DNA of 64,000 bases from Octopus sinensis (Eukaryota). The stretch covers positions 55,056,001-55,120,000 of the forward strand of contig NC_042997.1 in NCBI RefSeq assembly GCF_006345805.1, given 5' to 3'. The stretch's first letter is position 1. The number at the start of each line of letters is the position of its first letter. Below, one piece after another: positions 1 to 15,200 of this stretch. The notes below the pieces were generated by a model, which was not told the DNA's origin, ran no database searches, and saw only the letters and a program-made list of their open reading frames with translations. A program made the position numbers and the translations under genes.

Positions 1-720
1 AGCTCACTTCCGCTATTTACAACAGTGGTTCGAAATAACGTGTGTAACATGTGATCGTTGCACTGACTATGACAAAAACGTTGTCATACAGATATTGCTC
101 AAAGGACTACGTAAAGTTTCAGAAAGTGTATGGAGAGGAGTGTATCAGCCGCACACAAGTGTACGAGTGGTTCAGACGTTTCCAAAATGGCCAAAAAATG
201 TCGATAGTGACGAACGTTCTGGGAGACATGCAGCCAGCAGAACTGAGAAAAACATTGCAGGTATGTGTGCAGCTGTGAGTTATCAGAGGATGTGCAGATT
301 AGTTACGGTTCAGTTCAGTCCATTATCACTGAAGCTTTTGGGTATGAGACGCGTGTTTGTGCCCAAACTGCTTTCAGCTGACCAAAAAGACACTCGGGTT
401 TCAGTTGTACAAAATCTCCTTGATTGTGTCGAAAACGATGTAAGGTTTTTGGAAATTTTTCATAGGCCTCTGAGCAGGTATCGCCAAGCTTTTAACAAAA
501 TTTGATGCAGATTCTTTGCTCAAGTTTCTCTGTAATGGTCAATGCGATGAACACACGCTACACGTTACTTCTAAGCACTGCTGTAAACAGCAGAAGTGAG
601 CTAGAACGTTGACACTTTGTGCGCATGCACAGCAGAGTACAAGGTCAATCTGTGCCAAGCGGCTTTACTCTGAGTATTGTTACTATGGCAACAATCTGGA
701 CACTTATTGATGTGACCACT
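1..720 (+). mobile_element. Internally deleted mariner-type DNA transposon remnant; left end lies outside the window
   Basis: Frameshifted N-terminal HTH region (FQKVYGEECISRTQVYEWFRRFQNG, DSDERSGR, VPKLLSADQK) typical of mariner transposases. The right end stops at a TA before the (TATC)n tract. Confidence 0.8.
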
Positions 721-722
721 TA

Positions 723-833
<111 letters not shown>

Positions 834-1513
834 ATGTTGACATTCAATACATACATTTTTATACATGCATATGCACGTACGCCCTCTGATATGAGTATAC
901 ACGCACTAACTCGAAGACATTTGGAAATCGATCATATTTTTGACCAAACTTAAAACATAAACAAGTCAATAAATATTCATATAACACGACATGTCAATTT
1001 GAGTATATGATATATAGTGGGAAAAATGGTGTGAAAATTGCAATTAACGAGAATAAAAAGATATCTAAATATGAAGAAAAATCTAGAAGTATTCAAGATC
1101 TGGAGGAAATGTTACAATACTCTTGATATAAAAAGATAGCCAAAAGAATAGAATATATCACTTGGGGTGGCGTAAACGAGAGCGAATGAAAAGATATTTG
1201 ATATTTAACGGAAGCTGAAAATTTACAAGTCGTTACTCGGTTGGCCTTTCCCTCGCTTGTTAAACCACAAAATCCATGCAGATACGCACACACATGCACA
1301 CATACACACATGCGCGCAGAGACTTTGGTCTGTTATAACGCAGAAGCTTAATCCAGTTTTCTTTCCGTATAAGTAATTGAGATTAGAACACTGTCTCTCC
1401 TCAGAGCTATGACAACCGTTAGGGAATTATTATCTGCAGTTTTTCCCTCCGCAGAGTAGGACTGCCAAAATTGGGATGTACCTTATTTGTCCGAAAATAC
1501 GGTCTATAATAAC

Positions 1514-1582
<69 letters not shown>

Positions 1583-2232
1583 ATTAATTTAAATTAGGTC
1601 TGATTAATTAGAATTAACATGGTGTTTAGCAAGAACAACTAAGGATATATCTGCGCGTATGTTAACCTGCTGAAAATAGTGGCGCGGCCACAAATTACCA
1701 CTATCTCTTTCAAAATGAAAGAATACACTAGAGAAATGTAATTCCCGGTATACACAGTAACAGATGGAAGGCTTTCATAGATCTCTGTGACCTAAAATTG
1801 AAGGGTTATTTTCCCGCCTAATCATACATTTTATTATCTCAAAAAAAAAAGAAAGAAAAAAAACGAAACCGATAATATACTAAAGCCTATACCAATGTCA
1901 AATACGCTATCTTTAAGATAGCGTGTGCGCACACATATATATATAGATATACGTCATATTATCTAATAATTTATATTTACGCACGTTAACATAATATTAC
2001 TTTAACACATAAACCATAAACACGTAAGCTGAGTGCCGTTATAAAGAAGAATTAATAACAGAGTATATTTAAGCAAATTTGTAACGTAATCTATAAATAA
2101 AAAGATGCAAAATTATAGCATTAGCTTCATATATATGTACATTAATTATAAAACATTCCTGTCTGTGTTTATATATACAGATACATATTACACACACATA
2201 TACAGATATGTAATACTTTATGTACATAGCAC

Positions 2233-2280
<48 letters not shown>

Positions 2281-2411
2281 CATATGTGTGTATATGTGCA
2301 TACATATGCATAAGCAAATTTATACAAGGATAGTTATGAAGGAATACATTTTAATAAATGCACACGTAAACTATGCTTCCATATATTTATATACTCCCGT
2401 AGCTATTTATT

Positions 2412-2712
<301 letters not shown>

Positions 2713-3049
2713 ATTCACAGTCACAAAGACGCACACACGCAAAACTACATATATAAGAACTTGCTTTCATTTTAATATGTAACTTTGCAATATATTTTCG
2801 TCAGTTTGAAACAGGGAAGTAAGTGAATCCTCATCAGTTCAATTCATATCCGAAGCCACCAACACGCTTTGTACTTAGACTACAAAATGTTTATTTTCAC
2901 AGCAAGGACGAATCAATCCATCCATCCATCCGTTCAAATTATATCTTCGGTGAGTTATCTTGGGATTCCTTAACGACGATGTAGCCTTCATATAAATAAG
3001 GTATCTTCACTGAAGATACTGAAAAAGTCAATGAAAAAAATATTAACCA

Positions 3050-3480
3050 GCGCAAGACTATATCCACTAACAACCGAGCCAAAAGTGAAAAAATGTGGTC
3101 GTCCTGTGGATCATGCCCCCACCTTTTGGAGGGTTCAGAATTCCACTTCAAACAAGGGAAATATTTAAGATCAAATCAAATTTCACCTGTGCCTCGGAAA
3201 ATCTAATCTATGCCATGACATGCTGAGGATGTGGTAACCACTATATTGGACAAACAGGATTATCACTCCGTCGAAGAACGACCATCCACAAAGAACAAAT
3301 CCGCCACCCACAATACAGACAGTTACAGGTTAGTGAACACATAGAAAGGTGTGCTAGGAATCTTAATCCTAATTTCCAAATTTTCCCCCTTCTATTAATG
3401 TTCACAGAACACCTCAATGCAGCAAAGATTGAATAAAGAGGCAATTTTCATCAATAAATATCTTTCCCAACTAAATATGA
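3050..3480 (+). mobile_element. Penelope-like element, decayed GIY-YIG endonuclease C-terminal region
   Basis: Manual translation gives CGSCPHLLEGSEF...NLIYAMTC*GCGNHYIGQTGLSLRRRTTIHKEQIRH...QRLNKEAIFINKY..LN, with a stop and frameshifts. Confidence 0.8.
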
Positions 3481-3654
3481 ACACATAACATAATATAGAA
3501 CACTACTAACCCTTCAATAAATACCACTAACCCCCAGACATCCCTTACACCATTCACATTACAATTCTATATCTAACCTAACTGCACAAAATCCAGAACT
3601 ACTTACCTCCCTTACAAATAATCTTTTTACTCAGGAACTATTAGATCTGACACC

Positions 3655-3911
3655 GAACTTTCATATCTTCTCCAAGATGAAAACACGTCTCAAAGCTCCA
3701 CCATTGTCGAGATCCTGAGCGAATTGCAGAAGGTCCTCGATTCGCTAACGGAAAACGACTTCCAAGCCGAATTCCAAAAGTGGTACCGACGCTGGGACTG
3801 GTGTATTGCTGCGCATGGTGACTATTTCGAAGGAGATGATGTTAAAACTTAAGTAAATAAGTTATATTTTATTAAACATAACTAGTCCAGGGACTTTTTG
3901 ATACCAACTCG
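3655..3911 (+). mobile_element. Mariner transposase C-terminal fragment with right terminus
   Basis: Translation ELQKVLDSLTENDFQAEFQKWYRRWDWCIAAHGDYFEGD; the end reads ...GGACTTTTTGATACCAACTCG followed by TA. Confidence 0.8.
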
Positions 3912-3920
3912 TATATACAA

Positions 3921-4330
3921 GGCGTAGGAGCGGCTGTGTGGTAAGTAGCTTGCTTACGCACCACATGGTTCCGGGATCAGTCCCACTGCGTGGCACCTTG
4001 GGCAAGTGTCTTTTCTACTATAGCCGCGGGCCGACCAAAGCCTTGTGAGTGGATTTGGCAGACGGAAACTGAAAGAAGCCCGTCGTATATATGCATGTGT
4101 ATATATATGTATGTGTGTGTGTATATGTTTGTGTGTCTGTGTTTGTCCCCCCAACATTGCTTCACAACCGATGCTGGTGTGTTTACGTTCCTGTAACTTA
4201 GCGGTTTGGCCAAAGTGACTTATAGAATAAGTACTAGGCTTACAAAGAATAAGTCCTGGGGTCGATTTGCTCGACTAAAGGCAATGCTCCAATATGGCCA
4301 CAGTCAAATGACTGAAACAAGTAAAAGAGT
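3921..4330 (+). mobile_element. tRNA-headed SINE, family A (CCTTGGGCAAGT core, internal TG microsatellite, GTAAAAGA tail)
   Basis: A-box-like GGCTGTGTGGTAAG head. Near-identical copies lie at 6652, 30746 and 51030. Confidence 0.85.
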
Positions 4331-5388
4331 TGCCTCGGGTCACCCCATACTTTGTGACTGCCATTAGCTAGACAAAAAAAATGTATAGAAGACCGTCGAC
4401 TGAATTAACCTGTGACTCAGAAAGTATAGCCTTGTCACACGTTATGTCACGCTGATTGTGCCTGAGAATTACGTTAAGCGTACACATGTCTGTGGATTGC
4501 TCAGTCAATTACACGTGAATTCACGAGCAGTTTACTCATTTGATCGAATAACTGAATCCTTATCGTCGAACAACAGAGATCCAACACACACAGACGCGCA
4601 AAAACATACATGTCAATCATGTAAATGCATAAACTGTGATTTGGACCTCTGTGTGTGTGCGTATGTATGTGTGTATCTGTGTGTGCTTATAAACTAAGAA
4701 TCACGCTGATATGTACACATGCACACACGCATGCACACACATGCACAAATGCACACATTCACACACACATACACACACACCACACCACATGCATGAATGG
4801 AATACTCATAGACACAAAGACACGCACAGAATATACACACATATATAAACATATATATTTATATATGTATATATGTACAAGTAAGAAACATACATAATAA
4901 TACTACGTCTATATATTTCCACCCTTATGTGTGAATGTATATCACACAAACGCAAATACGCACGCTGTTAATCGTACACGTACGCATATATGTAACGACA
5001 GAGCAGTACTAGTTGAAACGACATGAACACCGTAGAATAAAACAGAAACTAGAGGTTTATGAATATATAAACACGCAAATTTAATAAACTATCTCTTTTC
5101 ATCTATATTTATTTATAATTCATCTCTTGGGTAAAGACCAGCTGATAACGGAAAATCTCTTGGGTGATATAAAATATCGATTAGTAATCGAAATCAGGCT
5201 TCCTATAAAGCAATTAAATATCATTTCTATATTGAAAAAAGATGCCAACATTATTTAATACAAATCATGTTGCAAATCTTTTCATCTGATACTCACACGC
5301 ACAGAGACGCATACATACATACATGCATGCCTACATACATACATACAAATATGTACGCATACATGCACACACACACACACATCTATCC

Positions 5389-5493
<105 letters not shown>

Positions 5494-6025
5494 CCTAGGT
5501 ATACACACAGGCACACACGCACATATATATATATATATGCATATTTAAGCATGTGTGTACGTGTGTGCGAGTGTCTGTAATGAGTGTTTCTATATTATTG
5601 CTGAGTACACATTTTAAAATCGCGTATTATGATAAACATATTTGATATTTCTCGTGTTAGTTAAATGTCTGATTAGGGTCTTTTTGTTTACTTATTGTAA
5701 ACATTAAGCGCACAGATTAAAATATCAAATTTCCTCTGGATATAAAGTACCTCACTTATCCTCAATCAAAGCAGTAGAAGCGCAATTACTTTCCGTAGGC
5801 TTCGAAACAACAAATCCTTCCAAATATTTGCAAGAAACATTTTATATTAAACTGTATATTAGATTTACTGATTATCTCTTAAGATCAGAATATCTCTACC
5901 TAATGACAGATATTTAATGTTTGCAGACAATAACCCGAACTATAGTTCAGTTCCAATTGCTAAAATATTTAAGCCGTCGTTGTTAGGTGGTTTAGCTCTT
6001 GCTCAGCCATGACCTAACACACATA

Positions 6026-6218
6026 TAATCCTTTCTACTATAAGCGTGCGGCCTGAAATTACATCGACCCCAGTGCGTAACTGGTATTTATTTCATCGAC
6101 TCCGAAAGGATGAAAGACAAAGTCGACCCGTGCGAAATTTGAACTCAGAACGTAAAGACGGACAAAATGCCGCTAAGCATTTTGCCGGTGTGCTAATGAT
6201 TCTGCCAACTCGCCGCCT
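6026..6218 (-). mobile_element. SINE family B (GGCGGCGAGCTGGCAGAA head; TTTCATCCTTTCGGGGTCGAT body)
   Basis: Reverse complement matches the copies at 26201, 33476 and 43912. Confidence 0.8.
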
Positions 6219-6651
6219 TCCCTAATACATATATAATGAAAAGCATTCAATTATGACCATCCAGTCCTTGCTTTTCAGATCAATTATATCCATAAATAGT
6301 TTAACAAATGACATCATCTTTTTAATGGTGGTAGGGAGTGATTTGAGAAATATTTGTCCGCTGTCTCTAGTTTGTCTGATGAACACATACAAGCTTCCTT
6401 ATTGATTCCAGAGAACTGATAGAAAGGTATCTTAAAGGAAAATGTTTGCTGATTATTCCAGAAGTTTAATGCAACTTGCATATTTATTAACGTTATAAGA
6501 ATTTAGGAACTTTGAACGATATGAAATGAATCGTTTTATCGGTGGAAGTCGAAGTAAATAAAGTTATAAGTAATAGCGTGTAGAACATTGGATCAAAAAA
6601 GCCATCGGATGGAAAAAGCCGAAGGCAGCCCGTGGTACACGAACTCACATC

Positions 6652-6874
6652 TTCGGTTGTGTGGTAAGAAGCTTGCTTCCTAACCACATAGTTCCGGGTT
6701 CAGTCCCACTACGTGACACCTTGGGCAAGTATCTTCTACTTTAGCCTCGGGCCGACCAAAGCCTTGTAAGTGGATTTGGTTGGAGGAAACTGAAAGACGC
6801 CCGTCGTATGTTCACATACACACACACACACGCACACACACACAAACACACACACACACACACACACACACAAC

Positions 6875-6909
<35 letters not shown>

Positions 6910-7168
6910 CACACACACACTCTCTCTCACAAGCACATAAACGTGTGTGTGTATTTCTGTCTGTATTTGTCCCCCATCACCGTTTGACAACCGGTGTCGG
7001 TGTGTTTACGTCCCCGTAACCTAGTTGATCAGCCAAGAGATCGATAAAATAAGTACTAGGCTTAAAAAATGTACTGGGGTTGATTCATTAGACTAAAAAT
7101 TCTTCAAGGTCGTGCCCCAGCATGACCGCAGTCAAATGAACGAAATAAATAAAAGATAAAAGATAAAA
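6652..7168 (+). mobile_element. SINE family A with internal (CA)n
   Basis: Colinear with 3921-4330. Confidence 0.85.
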
Positions 7169-7609
7169 CATGTGAGATGTTCTATCAGAGTACCAGAGCA
7201 ATCCTTTGAATTTCTCCATCCATCTTAGAATATCATCATGTTTACGGAAGATGTGGATTCGAGTCCCAGTGGTAGCCTTCAAATTTTCAATCCAAGGGTT
7301 TTTTCAACCTAATATTCTACACATTGTTATTTATAGCTCGAGTTCCACCATTAAAAATGATGTTTCATATCTCGCGAAGCTTCTGAATACTTATGGCATA
7401 AACAACACACAATTCTAGCTGGTAAGAATAACGCTTCTAAAATGGACGAGGAAATTCGCCGGATTAGTTTGGTATAACAGTAGAACATCTGTCATATTAA
7501 CAGAAAAGTCCCACGGGCTCACTTAACCCCTTGGGGGTCGTTGGGATGCTGCAGCCATGCAGTGTATTTAGGGCGAGAAAGCCAGGCAGAGCCCATCCCT
7601 CTCCAGACC

Positions 7610-7858
7610 AAACTCATTTCTACAGCTGAGTGGACTGAAGTGTTTTGCTCAAGAACACAACAGATTTCCCGGTCCAGGGATCAAAACCACCAAACCACCT
7701 CCACTAGGGGCACTCATTTCTACAGCTGAGTGGACTGGAGCCACATGAAGCGAAGTGTTTTTGTTCAATAACACAACGCATCACACAGCCCAGGAATCGA
7801 AACCACAATCTTACGATTGTGAGTCCAACACCCTAACCACTAAGCCACCGCGCCTCCA
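7610..7858 (-). mobile_element. SINE family D (GGAGGCGC..TGGCTTAGTGGTTAGG head) with partial internal duplication
   Basis: A-box and B-box-like motifs on the minus strand. The CTCATTTCTACAGCTGAGTGGACTG block occurs twice. Homologous to the copies at 44185 and 53770. Confidence 0.75.
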
Positions 7859-10800
7859 CTCTAACATTCTCCACACTATTATTTGCAGCTTTATCTACTT
7901 CGAGTTCGACCCTTAAAAATGATTTGTTGCATCTTTATATGTCAAAGGCAGACAAATAATAGCGAATTTGCAACTATTTCTCAACATTAACTAGATGGAA
8001 AATTTGACAACACAAAAATCTTAATTTCTTGTGTTTTATACACATAAGGTTATGGTTTCGCTTTTGGCAACTGCTAATTTGAGAAAGGGCCTACAATAAT
8101 TGAGGCGCATCATATAAGCCGTCAATTAAGGCTTGTCATATAATCATATCACAGCCCACAACAGCTGTACTGAACCACATACTACAAAACGGAAGTAGTC
8201 GAGCCATCGAGTGAAATTCTACATAGTTGCATGACCTGCGATAAATAGTAGAATTTCTCTCAAATATCCCCATACTTTCCCAAAACGGGAATATTGAATA
8301 ATGTGTTTCTAGATACGATACATCTGAAAAAAAAAAACGAAAATGAGCAAAAAAAGAAAACAATAATAAATTAAAGACGAAATAGTCACGGCTGCAAAAT
8401 ATTTTCATCATCGTTCAGCTTCATCAGATAAATCGGGGCCGAACAACAGAAGCAAGCCGAAATAATCGAACACTAGTGCTAAAAAACGACGTCGATTACT
8501 TACTTTCTATCAAGTGACTATTAAATGATTCAATAAAATATATTTATAACAATTTATATTATTCACAAATCATGGTCAATATACCACAGCATTTACGCCA
8601 GGAGTAATTGTTGTATCACCCGAATAGTTGTTATAACAAGGCAGTCTGCCAGTTAACAGTTATAACGAAAAAGCTCACAAGCAGAAAAGAAGAAAAGAAA
8701 GATAAAAAAAAGTTTCTACATTTTATCGGCGTTATCGTTCATACTAAATACAACTGGGATTTGATAGCAATTCCTTGTGGATAGAATATTCCGTAGCAGG
8801 GCTCGAGTTATGGGCTGTATAGAACTCCACTGAAATGTGTACCTAATATTTCTACTCCATGTTATTGGTCTTAACAAATGCTCTGTTCAAGCAGGCTTTG
8901 CTTGCTCCTTTCTGCCTTCTTCATATATACAAGTATGCATGTCTTTTAAGTGTACAATCAAACATAAATATATGTTCACATATAGACACACACATAAACA
9001 CACCCATGCCATTGTGTAGGATTTTACAGCATTGTTAACTGGCTGAAAGAAAATTCGACGTCATTCAAACAAATGCAGCTCATATTGCATCAGCAAGAGA
9101 TATAATTCGAAAGATTCATAGAACACGATGAACATTCCCAAAGGATGCATATAGAATTAAACATAAAACAGTCTAAGGATTCCCATCAGAAAATTATAGA
9201 CATTACCCAGATATTGAATGAAGAAACATTGTTCCACGATACAAGAAATCAACATGTTCTGAAACGGATAACGTCGTCAAAGTTATAATAATTCTATGTT
9301 ATTCGTCGACCAAGGAATCACGTTAGTCTTGGGACAAGGAATATTACGAAGGCATTGTTTCAGGTAGAATGGCAAATACAGGACAATTCTTGACTTGTGT
9401 GATTACTAGACTCTGCGAATTTATATTATGAAAAACCCTCGGGATTTTAACCTTCAATGAAGCAATATGAATACTTTACTTAAACAAATATTTGGTAAAC
9501 CATCTCCTCTATTTTACAAAGCAAATATTTCCAAACTGGCCGAACGTGATATACACAACTTCTTTACTTACATCACAATAATCAACCGAGAATATTAACG
9601 GTTTAAATTTTGATAAAATGATTCCCGACCAACTTGTTATAACGGCTTGTTACATTGTCTCTGAGCTTTACTCGCATAGAAAAGTTCATATAGAGCATGA
9701 GTACTAAATGCAATTGAATATAAATCAAATACAGAAGTGACTACAGAATATCGATAAATAATAATTTTAAACATGACGAAAAAACAAAAACCCGTATGGC
9801 TGCTGTTACTTCGGACAATAAAAGTGCAAAATCTCAGCATAAAGGCAATGCTGACTTTGGAGTTATGTAAATTTTAAAAGCTGTCATCTCAGAAATACAA
9901 CAAATAGGAGCCCAAAAGTCAGATTGGAAATAGAAACTATACTAAAATGTAATCATTCTTAGAAAACAAGTGCAGAATATGCTTCCCAATATTTATTCAT
10001 TTCACCCAGAATGAGTGGTAGTCAAATTTACATACGTAAGTGGGTATCAGCCTATTCAGTGCATGGAATATTAAAAAGTTAAAATAATATCGAATACGCG
10101 ACGATAGAAAAATATTATTAGTTGAAGATTAATACTTTTCTCAATTTCTGGCAAGTGCTACAGACATTACTGGGTATGTTTCAACCTTTTCTAGCTTCTT
10201 GAGCAAAGTATATCTCATTGTTGCTGGAAGAAAACGAGCCACAAAGTTAATAAAGAGAAATGAATAACTTGTTGGTCTAAAAAATAGGATTTGTTTAAAA
10301 ATACAGATAATTATGAAAAGCTATCTGTATGACAAATAAGTAAGCGAGCTTCTGTCTATAAAAATCACTATATCACACTACGTTATCTTCAGGGAATATG
10401 AATACCCCAGAGAGTTGAAGTGCTTTGTAACGAAATGATTCTCCAAATATTTCGGCAAATTATGAATGTTAAATCCACCTATGAACAGTATGATGCCACC
10501 TACGTAGAGATCAGAATTATCATAGGTGCAAATTTAGAAGAAATATCGTATTGATCAGACAAAATTCCGGGTAAAATATTTTGATTTTCATCTTTCAACA
10601 AATAAAATATAGTTTATTTGCACGCAAAATAAAATACTTTGGCTTCTCGTCAACACGCATTAGTATGGAATCGCAGCAAAACATCGAACTACAAATAGTA
10701 ATAACTTTTATCTAAAAACTGAAGTAGAGCTGCCATACTAGAATTTTTAAAGTTCTTCCTATACTCGGTAACAACGCAATTATCGCAAGAACAGTTACAA

Positions 10801-11237
10801 AGAACGGTTGCTGATACAATCCCTCAAACAAGATAATGTCGCATGCGTATATACGCATGTGTGTGTGTGTGTAATATATTACGGTTTATAACATTCACAA
10901 GGTTTAATAATTGTAATTTTAAGACAGTTCGAGACTCAATATTTTCAGAAAACTTGAAACATATTCATGCTAGGCATGTAACATGAAGGAAAGTAGAATA
11001 AATAGAAACAACGAAATTCTAGCAGCTGATATACATTCATTATTTATGAACGATTAGTCCTTATCCACACGGTGGTCTTGCATTGGGAATGCAATTTAAC
11101 TATATATTTGTTTTGCAAGATTCTTGAAGTGAAATCGTGTGTAGAAGCAAATATTATTATACTTGGGGATGGTCATCGTTCACCGATTAAGCACGCCCAC
11201 CATTTATTTGATCTTCACTTCAGCTCTATTATTATTA

Positions 11238-11830
<593 letters not shown>

Positions 11831-11976
11831 AGGTCCTGAAATCTAGATTATTAACCGAACATCCATGTTCTAATTGAGCATGCTGATAGAACACTGACGA
11901 GCTTTTCTCCTCTTTGAGCTACCGCCAGTGTACACTTATCCACCCACCCATGCTACGTGCTGTCTCTGTAATGCAC

Positions 11977-12745
11977 ATAGATAAGAGCAGCGAATCGCTC
12001 CTTTGTTATATGTGTGGCAGCAAAAACAAAGCAAACTCATATATTGTGAGTGAATGTAGCAAGTTGGCCCAAAAGCACTTCAAAAGAAGGCACGATAACG
12101 TGGCTAAGTTTGTCCAATAGATGTGAAAAGTACGGCCTGAACAGAGCACGGAAATGGTACGTATATGAACCAGAAGGAGTCACTGAGAACAATGAATATG
12201 AAATACTGTGGGATTTTACAATCCAACGTGACTCCCTAATCGATGCTTGGATTTTACAATCCAATGTGACTCCCTAATCGATACTCGGAGACCAGATATT
12301 GCCCTGGTAGATAAAAAAATGGAAACCTAGATTATAGATATTACAATGCCTGGAGATGCACGCATAAGTGACAAAGAACTAAAAAAGATTGAAAAGTACA
12401 GACTACTAAAAGACAGAATTACAAGAATGTCGACTATGGGGAGAGTATCTGTTACACCAATAGTTGTAGGGTCACTCGGAACACTAACAACCAAGTTCGA
12501 GAAATATGTTAGAGAAATCTGAATTGACATGAGAGTAGATCAAACTCCAAAAACTGCTCTGCCGGGGTCAGCTAGGGTTTTGAAACTGGTACTTGTATGT
12601 TAAATGTTTTCTACGATAATTAACCAGGTAGCAAAGCTTATAATGTGCGGAAAGATACCCTGTGAGACCTCTGACAGCAGGCTACTGTTCGCTCTCACAG
12701 AATCAGACAGAGCAAACAAGACGAGCGCTCTAAAAAAAAAAAATA
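11977..12745 (+). mobile_element. Non-LTR retrotransposon 3' fragment with CCHC finger and restriction-like endonuclease (R4/Dong-like)
   Basis: Translation CYMCGSK...SECSKLAQKHFKRRHDNV, EILWDFTIQ, RPDI, KIEKY, PIVVGSLG. Frameshifted, with a short tandem duplication at about 12208-12285. Confidence 0.8.
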
Positions 12746-12746
12746 A

Positions 12747-13146
12747 TTATCCTTTTTGCTATAGGCATAAGGCCTGAAATTTGTGGGGAGGGGGATAGTC
12801 AATTACATCGACCACTGTACTCAACTGGTACTTAATTTATTGACCCCGAAAGGATGAAAGGCAAAGTCGACCTCGGCGGAATTTGAACTTAGAACGTAAC
12901 GCAGACGAAATACCTATTTCTTTACTACCCTCAAGGGGCTAAACACAGAGAGGACAAACAAGGACAGACAGACGGATTAAGTCGATTATATTGACCCCAG
13001 TGCGTAACAGGTTCTTATTTAATCGATCCCGAAAGAATGAAAGGCAAAGTCGACCTCGGCGGAATTTGAACTCAGAACGTAACGGCAGACGAAATACGGC
13101 TACGCATTTCGCCCGGTGTGCTAACGTTTCTGCCAGCTCGCCGCCT
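12747..13146 (-). mobile_element. SINE family B with an internal tandem duplication (dimer)
   Basis: The GGCAAAGTCGACCTCGGCGGAATTTGAACT block occurs twice, about 180 bp apart. Confidence 0.85.
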
Positions 13147-13183
13147 TTGTAACAACAACAACAGCAACAATGATAATAATAAT

Positions 13184-13395
13184 GTGGAAACTAGAAATAC
13201 ACTACAATCTAGCTGTATTGCAAAAATCGGAATTACTTGGAACTGCACGCATATTGCGTAAAGTACTGTCTGTCTGAGGTCCTTGTTGTGACTTCACAGA
13301 CACTACAAACACTCGGTACATACATCTTCAATCAACAACGTCATTATATTGGATACTGTGCGACGTCTTAAATAATAATAATGATAATAATAATA
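13184..13395 (+). mobile_element. Short 3' end of an R4/Dong-like LINE between TAA-type repeats
   Basis: C-terminal LQKSELLGTARILRKVLSV*, then a 3' UTR and a (TAA)n tail. Confidence 0.7.
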
Positions 13396-13991
13396 AAAGA
13401 TAAGGATGTTTTTCGCAGTCGTTTAAGACTCTAGAAAAAATAAAATGAAATCGCCAAATCTCTAAACCAAACCGTTTCATTTTATAAAAGCGAACAATGG
13501 ATAATGTTTTGGATATACTATTTGAGAAAAAAAAAGAAGGTAGAATCATAGGATTGATAATTCTATGAGAGATAACCTAGAACTAAGCAATAACAACAAC
13601 AACAACAGCACAACAGCAACAATAACAACTACAAACAACCAACGGCTGATTTCACCAACCAAAGTGGGAGCCTTTTATGGAGCCTTTCAGCCAGCTACAA
13701 ATAGCAGCCAAATATCACTCTGATGTCTTAAAACAGGTCTCACTGAATAATGTATTCCCTTGCTCAAGCAAGAAAATATGTGGTTGTTAGAGCCGGAATG
13801 CTTTTGGTTGTATGTCAATCAAAGCTGGCGGTAAACAACAGTGACAATTACTGCTACTTCATCAACCTTTATACCAACCTACTATCAGTTACTATTGCTC
13901 CCAATCATTATTTGCCATTAACTATAACAATGACTCCTTTATCCAAGATTTGAATGCATCCAGGCTTATTGAACTGAGATTTGCATGTTTT

Positions 13992-14640
13992 ATGAGGGTC
14001 AGCTGAAATGTTCATAGGCTGACTTGGATACTCTTATGGAATGTGACCAAATGAGGTTTATTTTTCAACTTAGCCACCCCCTCCCTTGCAGTCCACACAC
14101 TTCTTCCATCGGTGTTGCAGCTCTTGGATCACATTGGTGAAGAAGCTTTCATCCTGTTGCTTAGAAAAATAATCAACAACAGATATGACGTCATCATCAC
14201 TATGACACTGGTTCCCAATCAAGCATTTTTTTCATGTTGGGTAACAGATGATCGTCAAATAGGGAAGATGATCAACCAGTTCAAAGCCATAATCAAGCAC
14301 AGCAGCCATTGAAAGCAAAGACTTGTGTTCTGGAACATTATCCTGATGAAACAAGACAACTTTCGTCAGTTTTCCTGGACGTTTGGTCTTGATAGCCTGT
14401 CATAACTGCCTTAGCATGTTGGCATAATACTATCCATTGATGATGTGTCCCTTTTGAAGGCAGTCAATAAACATAACGCCTTTTTCATCTCCCAAACTGA
14501 AGCCGTTCCCTTCCCAGCAGATGAAACAACCTTGGTGTTCTTTGGAGCAGGTGAGGAGGGATGTTTCCACTGCATAGATGATCTCTTTGTCTCTTGCTTG
14601 TAGCTGAAGTCGCGAGGACATAGTTTCAATGTGAGATCTC
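13992..14640 (-). mobile_element. Mariner transposase remnant
   Basis: Translation ETKRSSMQWKHPSSPAPK..KVVSSAGK, FIDCLQKGHIING. A terminus-like TATGAGGGTCAGCTGAAATGTTC lies at the left end. Confidence 0.8.
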
Positions 14641-14799
14641 AGATTATTTAGGCACATTTCTCCGTGTGTTATATCAGTGGTGTACATTTATCTTCATCAG
14701 CAATCTTTGGTGATATACACTAAAGTTATCGGGGGGGGTGGGGGGGGGGGGGGGTGGCATGAAAATTCACATTCCTGCTTTTGTTGGCTAGATTTTGTT

Positions 14800-15200
14800 G
14801 AGATTTCAGGACCTATAATAATCGCATAAATACGATATTTTCGTTGTTGATCTAGATTCATCTTCTCAGGCAACCAAAAATTACACTGCTACATTTGTAT
14901 CCAGTGTAGGATTTCTTCATCGCTATTTGTATTCAGTAATAGGCGGCTTCCCAGATATTAAAAGTAGTTCACCACCTGACCATATACTTGAATAAATGAA
15001 CCGGATACGTCGTTGTTTGGTACTGGTTGGTACAAGAACTTTGTTTTGCTTGTGTTGAAAACTAGACCCATGTTTTCACATGTTCCTGTTAACATATCGG
15101 TAACTATACGTAGTTTTTTCTTGGCGGAAGTTGCACCAATTCTGGCATGGTCACTGTACTGAAACTTAATTATCGATATGGAGTAGAATTAAAGAATTAA
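14800..15200 (-). mobile_element. Decayed RTE-type LINE reverse-transcriptase fragment
   Basis: Manual translation FQYSDH...ENMGLVFNTSKTKFLYQP...YLGS matches the RTE pattern downstream of YADD. Confidence 0.55.

Noticed and set aside
2781-2842. Minus-strand CUGAUGAG...CGAAA hammerhead candidate
   Set aside because: The core words are present, but stem II does not pair and the U16.1/stem I register is inconsistent.
8128-8170. miR-2-like TATCACAGCC sequence
   Set aside because: Only the 5' 10 nt match, and no extended pre-miRNA hairpin forms.
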